DNA from: Octopus sinensis
Lineage: Eukaryota
Length of the DNA stretch: 64,000 nucleotides
Assembly: GCF_006345805.1 (NCBI RefSeq)
Contig: NC_043018.1
Location: 20,522,001-20,586,000, forward strand
Direction: 5' to 3'
Every line of letters starts with the position of its first letter. Positions within the stretch are counted from its first letter, which is position 1. This document shows positions 27,343 through 37,103 of the stretch, piece by piece. Under the pieces are notes generated by a model. The model searched no databases. It was not told where the DNA came from and was given only the letters and a program-made list of their open reading frames with translations. Made by a program: the position numbers and the translations under genes.

Positions 27343-27373
<31 letters not shown>

Positions 27374-27758
27374 GTGAAGGGAAGAAATGGAGCTGAACGA
27401 AGATTCTACAGAATTCCTTTTATTATTTTCTACACGTTTCAAAGGCCGCAAATTTCCAAATTCGGATTTCCAAATTTCCAAATTTGCGGCCTTTGAAACA
27501 TGTGTAGAAAATAATAAAAGGAATTCTGTAGAATCTTCGTTCAGCTCCATTTCTTCCCTTCACTAAATATATTAAACTTCATTATCCGCGCTAAGGCACG
27601 GTTGCGACACCCCAAGGTCGTAACTTCACCGTGTTTTTTCTGTTGTGATTTTTGCTACCCAGGTTTCGGTTAAATTTTGAAAAATCCTTAACAAGATAAT
27701 TCATTTATCCATTTCAATATATATATATATATATAATATATATATATATATATAATAT

Positions 27759-27839
<81 letters not shown>

Positions 27840-27850
27840 TAGATAGATAT

Positions 27851-27918
<68 letters not shown>

Positions 27919-28447
27919 ATACGACAGGGTTCTCTCAGTTTTCGTCTACCAAGTCCACTCACAAAATTCTGTTACCTCCATGAAGTGGATTGGTGGAATT
28001 GTTAGAATGTCGGAAAAAATGCCTTGCAGTATTTCAGTGTGTCCCCTTTTCGTTCTGAGTTCAATTCCAAGGAAGTCGACTCACCTGTCAATTACTGGAG
28101 ATTGATTTAAAAAGACTTACGGGAGCTACACAAGAGGTTTAGTTGTACGATTCATAGCAGATGCAGCGTTCAAATTCTACTGATCATGTAACAAACTTTC
28201 CCATCTTCCTATATATATATATATATGTGTTAGCCTATTAGCCAATTTGCAGATGAGTTCATTGACAAACAGCTCATAGAGTTAATAGCAAGGATGAATG
28301 TATTAAAGCTAACTGTTATAAAGAAGGACAGATCAGACTTTCTTCCATTTATCAATGTTTGGTTTAAACTTTAAATCAGTAAACAGGCTTTCATGTCTCC
28401 TGTTTAATAAAACTCCTAAATTTGTACACACGTGTGTTAATATATAT

Positions 28448-28516
<69 letters not shown>

Positions 28517-31500
28517 TGTGTACAGTGCTCAGGTGCACCACAACTCATCTAAAGTGTATATATAATCAGGTGTAGTTTCGGCGGATTTCGGAAAGCATGA
28601 GGGCCTTAAAGGAGGCAGTGTCATGGCAGTCAACAACTGACGCAGGCAGTTTATTCCATGCTTCAGCAACTCTGAGCGTGAAAAAAATGTTTCCGAAAGT
28701 CATGGGAGCTGTGTTGTTTTCTGACTTTGTAGGCATGTCCACGTGTGTTGGACACATGGAGATCAAAAAGGTGTTCAGTGTTGTTGTTGGTGAGGTGGTT
28801 GATAACTTTGTGGGTGCTTACCAAGTCCGTCGCCAGACGCCGGAGCTTCAGTGAATCCATGCCCAGGGAAACAAAGGCATGGATTATTAAATCAGTAAAC
28901 AGGCTTTCATGTCTCCTGTTTAATAAAACTCCTAAACTTGTACACACATGTATCTCTCTATATATAAACGGCAGTTTGTCTGTGCGTGTTTCTGTGTGTC
29001 TGTTTGCTTGTACCCTCACCCTGTTTGCTTGTACCCTCACCCTGACCACGGCTTTCAACCGATTCTGATGAAACTTGACACACACATAGCCCAATGTCAT
29101 AATTCAAAACTAACGCAGCCAAAATTTTGAAAAGTTCCCCCAGTTCTGAAAAAAATCGATAAATTCGACATGGGGTCGAGAATCAGAAACACGAACCACA
29201 AACTGTCTAGGGGACGCAACTCCATCCTTTTTTAACTCTCAAAAAAAAATTTACCTTATTTTTTTCCATTTTTTGGCTATAACTCTCTAAAAATGCTTTA
29301 TAGTTATTTCCCTTACAAACCTGAGCAACGCCGGGCGATACTGCTAGTTAATATATATATGTAAGCATTAACTTTTTTCAAACTTGCCTATTTCATTTAA
29401 CCCTTTTTTTTATTTCAGGTTGCCAGCAGACGTGTGTTCCAAATCGTTGGTGTTATTTACATGCTCTTTGGAATTATTGGTAAAATGGGAGCGTTCTTCG
29501 TCACCATTCCGATGCCTGTGTTGGGCGGGGTTCAACTTATCTATTTCGGTTCCTTCATTGGAGTCATCTTATCCAACATGCATAAAGTAGAGATGAATCA
29601 TCGTAATATGAGCATCATCGGAGTTTCCATTATATTCGGTGTGTCCATTCCGATATGGAGTCACAATAACCCGGAACAGTACGCCACAGGTATGCGGTCG
29701 CATCATCTTTCTTTTAGATAGGTGTGTGCGTACAAACACACACACACGTACATGCACACGTACACGCACACGCACACATACACGCACACGCACACGCACA
29801 CACACAGGCACACACGCACACACATCCGCACACGCACACACGCACATACACGCGCACACGCACACACACAGACACGCACGCACACACATGCACACACACG
29901 CACACGCACACACGCACATACACGCGCACACCCGTACACACACACCCACACATGCACGCACGCACACACACACATTCATCATTCGTGTGTTAAGCAGACT
30001 ACCATCGGTTTTATGTTGAGAGAGATATCAGAGCTACTTTGGAATGCGAGCTTCGTAGCCAACATCATCTACAAGAGTCAAATTCCACTTAAGTATGCGA
30101 TCTAAGTATTCCATTTATTTAATATGGCTTAAATAAAACATTCTTACATTTTTATACATTTATTTTTAAAAAATTAAAACGAACCAGATTTGAAACAAAT
30201 TTACTAATTTTAGGGGCGAATCAAACAAACAGCTAAAAAAGTCAAAAATAGAGAGTTTAAATTTTTATATATTTTATAGACTTACTATAAGCACTTGGAG
30301 GCGCAATGGCCCAGTGGTTAGGGCAGCGGACTGGTTAGGTTTCGATTCCCAGACCGGGCGTTGTGAGTGTTTATTGAGCGAAAACACCTAAAGATCCACG
30401 AGGCTCCGGCAGGGGATGGTGGTGATCCCTGCTGTACTCTTTCACCACAACTTTCTCTCACTCTTACTTCCTGTTTCTGTTGTACCTGTATTTCAAAGGA
30501 CCGGCCTTGTCACTCTCTGTGTCACGCTGAATATCCCCGAGAACTACGTTAAGGGTACACGTGTCTGTGGAGTGCTCAGCCACTTACACGTTAATTTCAC
30601 GAGCAGGCTGTTCCGTTGATCGGATCAACCGGAACCCTCATCGTCGTAACCGACGGAGTGCTTCCAAAATAAGCACTTATGTTTCATACTCTCTAACCCA
30701 GTGGTTTTCAACCAGGGTTCCGCCAGTACAGTCCAGGGGTTCCGCAAGAAGTTACAAAACTGCTAAAATCGGCAGTAATTTTTAATTCTCCTGTGCAGAT
30801 ATGTGTGCATAATACTATTAAATTATTGCACAGGTGTTCCTCGAGCCAGCGGAATGTTTCCTTGGGGTTCCGCTCCAGCATAAAGTTTGAAAAGCACTGC
30901 TCTAACCAGACATTCTCTCGAAACCGATACAGGTGTTTTCCTTGTTCTTGATATGTATAACTTTTCTTGTTATAGATCACAATATAAAGTGTAGATCGCA
31001 TACCAAAGCAGTTTCATGATATGTAGATTGCATATCAAAGTAGCACCGATATATCGCCCAACAACTCTTCAAATCTGTCACATGGGACGTTTGGTATCCG
31101 TGGCTGTCAAATTGTCTGCCCTCTTGCTTAAATATATCGTTGACTACAGCAAACACATGTACATGAAGCGACTACCCTGTGCACTCCAAAAACCCAGCAT
31201 ACTTCATGCTATAACTAGTCATTGGCAATTTTTCCTAGTACAGTACAAACAGGACAGTACATACGAGAGAAGTCACTAGTTTCCTCGGTTTTAAGCAATT
31301 TTCTATAATATAGGCCAGATAAGTTACTTATTGTTGCATGGTGTCTCTCACCCGTCTAAATTTATATTCGAGAAACCCAATTGATTTATACCAAGTTGAG
31401 TCAAAAGCTTTTTCGGGTTTCCACTTGTATCTCCGTGTTTTATCGTTTATTTCATACAACTTGTTGCTGGTTTGTTTATTCGTTATTTTCATATTTAACA

Positions 31501-33997
31501 TAAACATTAATTACTCTTTACTTGTTTCAGCCATTTGACTGCGGCCATGCTGGAGCACCGCCTTTAGTCGAGCAATTCGACCCTGGGACTTATTCTTTGT
31601 AAGCCCAGTACTTATCCTATCGGTCTCTTTTGCCGAACCGCTAAGTAACGGGGACGTAAACACACCAGCATCAGTTGTCATGCAATGCTAGGGGGACAAA
31701 CACAGACACACAAACACATACACACACATATATATATACGACAGGCTTCTTTCAGTTTCCGTCTACCAAATCCACTCACAAGGCATTGGTCGGCCCGGGG
31801 CTATAGTAGAAGACACTTGCCCAAGATGCCACGCAGTGGGATTGAACCCGGAACCATGTGGTTGGTTAGCAAGCTACTTACCACACAGCCACTATTTATT
31901 CTTTTTTATTTATAGCTTTGATAATGAGTGGTAAAAATTGCGATTAGAACCATTTTGTATGGGGAGGGGAGGGAAATGGACTGAGTGTAAGGGCAGCGGC
32001 AAATCTTGCTGCTTAAGACAAAGTGACAGATCTTGAACCACTCCACAATAACTTAAGGACTATTCAGAGTTCTTAAAACTTTCTAGGGGTCGGCCGCAAA
32101 CGCTATGCACCCTTTGAAAGCCACTCGGTCAACGGAGAACGAGCCACACTGACATCTAAATCTTTAAGTATAACGCAGTAATCTTTTAGGTGTGGCGATT
32201 AAATAAAAACGGAGAAATAACGTAAAAATATAATTTGACGCGTGACAAATGATTGAAACCTTTTCTACTCGACCCCAGTACGCAACTGGTACTTATCGAC
32301 CATGAAAGGACGAAAGGCAAAGTCGACCTCGGCGGAATTTGAGCTCAAAACGTTAAGCCAGACGAAATATCAATTTCTTTACTACCCACAAGGGGCTAAA
32401 CACAGAGGGGACAAACAAGGACAGACATAAGTATTAAGTCGATTACATCGACCCCAGTGCGTAACTGGTACTTAATTTATCGACCCCGAAAGGATGAAAG
32501 GCAAAGTCGACCTCTGCGGAATTTGAGCTCAAAACGTTAAGCCAGACGAAATACCTATTTCTTTACTACCCATAAGGGGGGCTAAACACAGAGAGGACAA
32601 ACAAGCACAGACAAGCTGCACCGCCTGCTCTAGAAATTGAACTCACGCCATCATAATCATCAGTCAACACCTCTAACCACTTGACCACACGGCTTCACTC
32701 ACGCATGATAATAATGTTGATAAATACTCAAATAGTATCAACACCGGGTATAAAACAGAAGACATTTGATAACTATTCAATAACCAAACCTTTGCGATCA
32801 ATAATTATCAGTCATTTGCGGATTGAAACTTTATTTCATATATTCTTCAGGTTATAAAGAAATTGACGGATCCGTCCATGCTATTCTTACCAATCCGAAT
32901 TTTCTAGGAGGTTTGTTGGCAATGATCTTGGACAATGCATGGCCAGGTATGTTACTGAAAAATTATTATTCTCTTCGTAATATTCACCTGTTTATTAGAA
33001 TATGTTGGGAAAGAATTTTAAGCGTAGTTTGGTTGACAAAGATTTTAAGTCTTATTCAAAGGAATACATGGCAAGTAATTCCATCGACGACAGTGGACAT
33101 GATGTACATACAATTATCCCTCTTACACCTATATTGAAAAATGGCACTCCGTCGGTTACGACGACGAGTATTCCAGTTGATCCGATCAACGGAACAGCCT
33201 GCTCGTGAAATTAACGTGCAAGTGGCTGAGCACTCCACAGACACGTGTACCCTTAACGTAGTTCTCGTTGGAGATTGGGCGTGACACAGAGTGTGACAAG
33301 GCTGGCCCTTTGAAATACAGGTACAACAGAAACAGGAAGAAAGAGTGAGAGAAAGTTGTAGTGAAAGAGTACAGCAGGGTTCACCACAACCCCCTGCCGG
33401 AGCCTCGTGGATCTTTAGGTGTTTTCGCTCAATAAACACTCACAACGTCCGGTCTGGGAATCGAAACCGCAATCCTATGACCGCGAGTCCACTACCCTGA
33501 CCACAGGGCCATTGCGCCTCCACACACCTTTATTATACCTGTTCTATATTTAAGAGATGAGGAATTATGTACATTATTTACAATTGACGGATATTTGCCT
33601 ACGGGTATATGGCGTAGCGGTTAAGAGTACGTGCTACTGCCCCCAAGATACCGAGTTCGATTCCAGGCAGTGACCTGAATAATAATAATAATAAATGGCC
33701 TGTAATACTAAACAAAACCTTTCTTTTTTATTTCACATGTTTTCAATTAATCAAAAATCAAAAGGAACATTAAAGGAACGAGGCTTGGCAGACAGTGTAG
33801 AAGATCTCAACAAAGACGCCGATGAACTGAACAATCAAAGGAACCAAACAGAAAAAGAAGAAGAATCTATATACGGCGTTCCCATTTTACCAAATTTCAT
33901 TGCTAGGCACCCATTTCTTCGTTTCTTGGCATTTATGCCACCATACGGGTTAAACAGAGACAGAACAAACGTTGAAAAGAAAGCGGAAGTTATATGA
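5268..33997 (+). CDS. SLC23A: SLC23 (nucleobase-ascorbate transporter, SVCT/SNBT-like) gene, 12 coding exons, ~653 aa (first exon tentative)
   Basis: Manual splicing: 5268-5322, 5841-6094, 7819-7976, 9547-9641, 10146-10228, 11905-12086, 13965-14085, 19394-19550, 27038-27294, 29419-29689, 32851-32946, 33765-33997. All introns are GT-AG with compatible phases; total 1962 nt. Family motifs: [71 protein letters not shown]. Confidence 0.93.
5353..5412 (+). ncRNA. type I hammerhead motif (family 4)
   Basis: CTCTA-CTGAAGA-C-GAAT a AATC...GATT a ATTC C-GAA-ATTGA t TCAAT-A-TAGAG; 5-bp stem I, 5-bp palindromic stem III, AUA triplet. Confidence 0.68.
5841..6094 (+). CDS. SLC23A: SLC23 exon 2 (VPRPKDID...[22 protein letters not shown])
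   Basis: ttcaatag acceptor, cag|gtgatt donor; [10 protein letters not shown] motif precedes TM1. Confidence 0.88.
7015..7200 (-). mobile_element. SINE family C (alternative tail); further copies at ~9295-9510, 40700-41165, 51363-51572, 51800-51970, 52290-52500, 57690-57872
   Basis: Shared head and central block. Confidence 0.8.
7819..7976 (+). CDS. SLC23A: SLC23 exon 3 ([23 protein letters not shown]...[11 protein letters not shown])
   Basis: aaacag acceptor, ag|gtaaga donor; TM1-TM2 SG(L)TTFLQ..G.R motif. Confidence 0.93.
9547..9641 (+). CDS. SLC23A: SLC23 exon 4 ([31 protein letters not shown])
   Basis: tttcag acceptor, g|gtaata donor; RLPLYQGP motif. Confidence 0.93.
9655..10020 (-). 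mobile_element. SINE family C, tandem dimer
   Basis: GGCGGCGAGCTGGCAGAA head; GAGTTCAAATTC B box; GGTCGACTTTGCCTTTCATCC block; body repeated. Confidence 0.82.
10146..10228 (+). CDS. SLC23A: SLC23 exon 5 ([27 protein letters not shown]), extracellular loop with two N-glycosylation sequons
   Basis: ttttag acceptor, atg|gtaagt donor, phases 1/0 fit neighbours; sequons NQT and NAT. Confidence 0.88.
10432..10796 (+). mobile_element. SINE family B (older copy)
   Basis: Aligns to family B along its length. Confidence 0.8.
10951..11362 (-). mobile_element. SINE family B
   Basis: Full length; near-identical to 12165-12586 and 23733-24160. Confidence 0.9.
11633..11839. mobile_element. hAT (Charlie-like) MITE
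   Basis: TIR CAGGGGTGGGCAAACT / AGTTTGCCCACCCCTG; 8-bp TSD CCTTACAT/TCTTACAT. Confidence 0.88.
11905..12086 (+). CDS. SLC23A: SLC23 exon 6 ([22 protein letters not shown]...[10 protein letters not shown])
   Basis: cttacag acceptor, gc|gtgagt donor; [20 protein letters not shown] motif. Confidence 0.95.
12165..12586 (-). mobile_element. SINE family B
   Basis: Full-length young copy. Confidence 0.9.
13498..13880 (+). mobile_element. tRNA(Arg)-derived SINE family A, tail type 1 (octopus OR-like)
   Basis: GGAGGCGCAATGGCCCAGTGGTTAG head; TSD TATATTGTAGC; near-identical to 20141, 30297, 33146. Confidence 0.9.
13965..14085 (+). CDS. SLC23A: SLC23 exon 7 ([40 protein letters not shown])
   Basis: atttcag acceptor, tca|gtaagt donor; YL....IPVP.W...KG motif. 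Confidence 0.93.
17288..17325 (-). ncRNA. minimal hammerhead motif (family 1), left member of head-to-head pair
   Basis: CTGC-CCGATGA-ACG ggaa TGT-GAA-ACTC t GAGT-T-GCAG. Confidence 0.72.
17333..17370 (+). ncRNA. minimal hammerhead motif (family 1), right member of head-to-head pair
   Basis: CTGC-CCGACGA-ACG ggaa TGT-GAA-ACTC t GAGT-A-GCTG; one stem I mismatch. Confidence 0.62.
17871..18073 (-). mobile_element. Penelope-like terminal-repeat fragment (family 2)
   Basis: Reverse complement matches 515-725 and 42777-42990. Confidence 0.6.
17963..17997 (-). ncRNA. minimal hammerhead motif (family 2)
   Basis: GTTT-CCGACGA-A-GAGC tcc GCTC-GAA-AC GT-T-AAAC. Confidence 0.72.
18845..19361 (-). mobile_element. 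non-autonomous Helitron
   Basis: A|TC...CTAG|T, subterminal hairpin CCCGAGCAACGCCGGG, no TSD. Confidence 0.85.
19394..19550 (+). CDS. SLC23A: SLC23 exon 8 ([16 protein letters not shown]...ARTDS...WFFFPYP)
   Basis: ttttcag acceptor, g|gtaaga donor; ARTD and WF.FPYPG motifs. Confidence 0.95.
19825..20086. mobile_element. hAT MITE (decayed)
   Basis: TAGTAGTTTTCAACC / CGTTGAGAACCAGTG ends; 8-bp TSD TTTTATAT. Confidence 0.7.
20141..20503 (+). mobile_element. SINE family A, tail type 1
   Basis: Same sequence; TSD AGTTCTTGTGA. Confidence 0.9.
20770..20905 (+). mobile_element. mariner transposase C-terminal remnant
   Basis: [21 protein letters not shown], then TIR-like GAATTTTTCAGCTCCC. Confidence 0.6.
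22343..22665 (+). mobile_element. tRNA-derived CORE-like SINE family E; 3' part also at 778-968 (-)
   Basis: TGGCTCAATGGTTAG / GAGCTCGAATCCC boxes; CACTCAGCTGTAGAAATGAG; shared tail. Confidence 0.75.
22741..23240. mobile_element. tRNA-headed, (TAA)n-linked, hammerhead-carrying SINE-like element in inverted arrangement
   Basis: Minus strand reads tRNA T-arm (GAGTTCGATTCC), (AAT)n, spacer, hammerhead, tail; a second tRNA head on + at ~23141-23215; related pieces at 33548-33695 and 59230-59375. Confidence 0.62.
22818..22863 (-). ncRNA. minimal hammerhead motif (family 5) within tRNA-headed element
   Basis: GACAC-CTGATGA-A-GGCTG gagggtatat CAGCC-GAA-AC AT-C-GTGTT; stem III has a mismatch (ACAT in place of ACGT). 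Confidence 0.62.
23237..23428 (+). mobile_element. R4/Dong-like non-LTR retrotransposon 3' end in (TAA)n
   Basis: [20 protein letters not shown] plus 3'UTR nearly identical to 61362-61705; (TAA)n on both sides. Confidence 0.85.
23733..24160 (+). mobile_element. SINE family B
   Basis: Full length with (GTAAAAGA)n tail. Confidence 0.9.
24902..25320 (+). mobile_element. SINE family C, tandem dimer
   Basis: One head and two ~185-bp near-identical bodies joined at GGTATTTCGTC. Confidence 0.88.
25850..26095. repeat. (ATGT)n microsatellite
   Basis: Direct reading. Confidence 0.95.
26500..26787. repeat. 75-bp minisatellite, about 3.8 units
   Basis: CAA(A/G)ACATCACCTTCTTAAATCCGGGCCTC starts at 26500, 26575, 26650, 26725. 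Confidence 0.92.
27038..27294 (+). CDS. SLC23A: SLC23 exon 9 (TM8-TM10 with NAT signature [11 protein letters not shown])
   Basis: ttttcag acceptor, agg|gtgagc donor; [31 protein letters not shown]. Confidence 0.96.
27365..27572. repeat. long inverted repeat (~90-bp arms, ~25-nt spacer)
   Basis: ATATTTAGTGAAGGG...GGCCGCAAATTT / AAATTTGCGGCC...CCCTTCACTAAATAT. Confidence 0.92.
28515..28886 (-). mobile_element. 5'-truncated CR1-clade LINE 3' end
   Basis: [12 protein letters not shown]...[11 protein letters not shown]...RKHFF / [16 protein letters not shown]...FK; followed by (TTA)n on the minus strand. Confidence 0.85.
28953..29347 (+). mobile_element. non-autonomous Helitron (different 5' module)
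   Basis: A|TC...CCTGAGCAACGCCGGGCGATACTGCTAG|T. Confidence 0.85.
29419..29689 (+). CDS. SLC23A: SLC23 exon 10 (VASRRVFQ...PEQYAT)
   Basis: atttcag acceptor, g|gtatgc donor; [31 protein letters not shown]. Confidence 0.96.
30297..30666 (+). mobile_element. SINE family A, tail type 1
   Basis: Same sequence; TSD ATAAGCACTT. Confidence 0.9.
30699..30899. mobile_element. hAT MITE
   Basis: CAGTGGTTTTCAA / TTGAAAAGCACTG; perfect 8-bp TSD CTCTAACC. Confidence 0.88.
31508..31893 (-). mobile_element. SINE family B
   Basis: Nearly full length. Confidence 0.88.
32272..32595 (-). mobile_element. SINE family C, tandem multimer without head
   Basis: Body repeated with the same junction. Confidence 0.82.
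32851..32946 (+). CDS. SLC23A: SLC23 exon 11 ([31 protein letters not shown])
   Basis: cttcag acceptor, g|gtatgt donor; NPNF.GG..A..LDN..PG motif. Confidence 0.95.
33146..33522 (-). mobile_element. SINE family A, tail type 1
   Basis: Reverse complement of the family consensus; a 3'-only piece also at 38846-38962. Confidence 0.88.
33548..33695. mobile_element. second locus of tRNA-headed hammerhead element (inverted tail plus sense tRNA head and TAA)
   Basis: TTTAAGAGATGAGG...GACGGATATTTG as at 22741; GGGTATATGGCGTAGCGGTTAAG (A box), GAGTTCGATTCC (B box), then (TAA)n. Confidence 0.6.
33765..33997 (+). CDS. SLC23A: SLC23 last coding exon (GTLKERGL...FMPPY...AEVI*)
   Basis: First AG after an upstream pyrimidine tract (aaag at 33761-33764); GT.EERG and Y..P....F......L.F.P motifs; TGA at 33995-33997. 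Confidence 0.9.
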
Positions 33998-34351
33998 TCG
34001 TTTTTTTTGTTTTGTTTTGTTGTTTTTTTTCTAGCGATAGTAAAGTAGTGGTCAGGTGATCGGAACAGAACAACGCCGGACTAAATACTGACGATCCTTT
34101 AAGTTTTAACTTCAAATCATGCCAGGGTCGATTTTACGTTTTGTTGCTCTCTGAGATCGATAAAATATGCACCAGTCATATATACTGGGATCGATACTTT
34201 CTGCCAATGCAAGGGACTTTCTGCCAATGTAAGGAATTGTTCTTTCTGACTATAAATGTTTTACCTTGTTGTTGCTTTACTTTATAATAATCTTCGGTGC
34301 TGGATAATCTTGTCCTCCCTCCTCTCTCTCCCTATATACATACATACATAA

Positions 34352-34397
<46 letters not shown>

Positions 34398-34695
34398 TGA
34401 GAAAAATGGTAAGACAACAAAAGAATGAGAGAGACCTCGATATTATGTAAATAGAGGAATTTATCTGTAAATGTAATATGTGACAATTATTCGGTAGCCA
34501 TGATAAAACTCCGAGTCTCGGATGCCGAGGTGGTAATCCACGCCGTCATCAGTTATTCGGCCATCGGAAAAATGCTTTGAAACAAAATGGCCGGATAACT
34601 GAAGAGATGGCGGCGTTGATTTCCACCTCGGCATCCGAAACTCGGAGTTTTATCATGGCTACCGAATAATTGTCACATATTACATTTACAGATAT
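34398..34695. mobile_element. inverted pair of family 3 hammerhead repeat (Penelope-like)
   Basis: Arms ~34398-34567 (-) and ~34586-34695 (+); same sequence as 4395-4570; flanked by (TA)n. Confidence 0.65.
34595..34653 (+). ncRNA. type I hammerhead motif (family 3), about 600 nt downstream of the SLC23 stop
   Basis: ATAA-CTGAAGA-GATG...CATCC-GAA-ACTC g GAGT-T-TTAT; a decayed inverted copy lies at 34503-34556. Confidence 0.7.
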
Positions 34696-35101
34696 ATATA
34701 TATATATATATATATATAATGCAGTGGTTGGTTATGCACGGTTAGAAAGTTAGCATTTGTTTCATGTATACTATTGCTCTTAGTAATATAGGTGAGCCAT
34801 CAGACGCTCTGGTCGGAGGCGCATAACCTCTTTACTAATGGAGGTAAGAATACAGTTTTGGTCAGCATGGTGATGAAGAAAATCTCTGAAACTGTCTCTC
34901 CCAGGAGGGTTTTTTTTCGCCGCGAAGAATTTCGTTACAGTGAATCTGGTGAGTAGCCAATATTGCCAAGAGCAAAAGCAAACATGAAACTAATGGTCAC
35001 TTTCTGAATGGCCATAGCAAACGACTACATTAAATATTACAGCTCAAAATATTATTAGTGTTTTTTTCCGATCTTATGTACAGCTGACCGATGTGCGCGC
35101 G

Positions 35102-35169
<68 letters not shown>

Positions 35170-36124
35170 TGTGTCTGTGTCTGTGTGTGTCTGTGTGTGT
35201 GTGAACTTTTGCTTTGTGATATATCTGATCCGTAAAATGACCATTTTTTAGGTGATAGCTTCCTTATAGAAAGCCAGTTGAGAATATCCAATGACGGCCC
35301 ACAAACGGCCGCAAAGTATATAGCAGGCACGTGGACCAATGTTGTGAAATAAGCAAACTTTTCACAAGCAGTCAGTAGGTGTTCGCTATTGGTTTTCTCT
35401 AACGAGGTTATGATTTCCAAAGTCATTTCAAAGTTATCTGTATTCTGTTTGGTATCTGGTGCTGACGATTGCTAAGGAGCTAGAAGAGCATTCAGCTAGA
35501 AAAGGCAAGGTGCTGTGAAACAACTGCTGGTGTTTTATGACTTGTTACCTAAAGCTAGGATTTTTCTCTACGGCAAACCGCAGTAAAAATGGCCTTTTTA
35601 CAGATCAAATATGTCCCAAACATATTTAAACTGATCTTAAAATTTCGCACGCCTATTATGAGCAACGATTTTTTTCACATGTCCGGAAGAGGTGGTCTTC
35701 GCCCCGAAATATTGAAATACAGGGTAAAGCTGCAACTTTTTTTTGTTGCTTTTCCTTTTGTAGTTTACCTTGTACTTTTTCGCATTGTTCCGGCCTTACA
35801 CAACAACCCCCTTTTAAAAATTATACCGCACAAAGCTTCACTAAAACTACTTCATATATATATATATATAAATTAGTAATGCAATACTAGAGTATTGCTT
35901 TCCAGTAAAGAATAGCCCGTGAGGGGAAAATATACAAAGAAGTAAATATATGGCATAACGAAGTACATACGAAGCTATACATTAGCGTCGTATTATTACG
36001 TTCGCTATTTCCAGTAAATATCGGTACTTCGTTGTGCCATATATTTACTTCTTTGTATATATATATATATATGAAATAAAAAGGCTTAAATAATGGGCTT
36101 TTATTTTATTTTATTTTTTCTTTT

Positions 36125-36339
36125 GTACTTGTTTCAGTCATTTGACTGCGGCCATGCTGGAGCACCGCCTTTAGAGTGGTGAAAGAGTACAGCAGGGATC
36201 ACCACCTCCTGCCGGAGCCTCGTGGAGCTTTTAGGTGTTTTTTTCGCTCAATAAACACACACAACGCCCGGTCTGGGAATCGAAACCGCGATCCTCCGAC
36301 CGCAAGTTCGCTGCCCTAACCACTAGGCCATTGCGCCTC
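36125..36339 (-). mobile_element. chimeric SINE: family A head and core with family B 3' tail
   Basis: A core ...CTCTTTCACCAC joined to TCTAAAGGCGGTGCTCCAGCATGGCCGCAGTCAAATGACTGAAAC. Confidence 0.8.
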
Positions 36340-36628
36340 ATTTCTTTATTTATGCATAAAGGTGCACAAATGAAGAAAATTGAAATACGTGAAGCCTATC
36401 ATTTATGCCTTTCCTTGTATATCACACTGTGAGAACGACCGTATTCACTGGGGAATGTAACCATGAATTAGCCAAGTCGATTGGTGCTGGACTTCCACAT
36501 CGGATCTTGTCTTACGATTACCTGGAGTGCTATATTAATCTGAAAACCTTTTGTTAGCGCCTGTGGTATTTATATTAGCAAAGAGTTTGAGAAGTATTTT
36601 GCCCGGATAGATAATCCCTTATTGACAA

Positions 36629-36675
<47 letters not shown>

Positions 36676-36850
36676 ATATATATATTATATATATATATAT
36701 ATATATAGCAGTCAAAGAGTTATAGCTATTCTTTGCTGTGTTTTTACTGAGATCTCCCTTTTAGTAGAAAGAATAGCTATAACTCTTTGACTGCTATTTC
36801 TAAATTCGGTGTGTGGTGAGGCAATTCGTTGCTAAACCCTTAATTGCTTA

Positions 36851-36885
<35 letters not shown>

Positions 36886-37071
36886 ATGTGGACTGTGTCT
36901 GATGACTGTGCCGAGATGTCAGACGTATTATAATACATTGTTTAATATGTCCTCAGCACAAGAAACTATTAACGGCACATAAAAACATGTATTGAGTTTA
37001 TTAAATAATATATACATATAAATGTATATATATATATATGTATATGTACACCACACACACACACACACGCG

Positions 37072-37103
<32 letters not shown>

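Noticed and set aside
35955-35985. loxP-like ATACGAAGCTAT
   Set aside because: Only one partial arm with no matching spacer geometry; a chance match.
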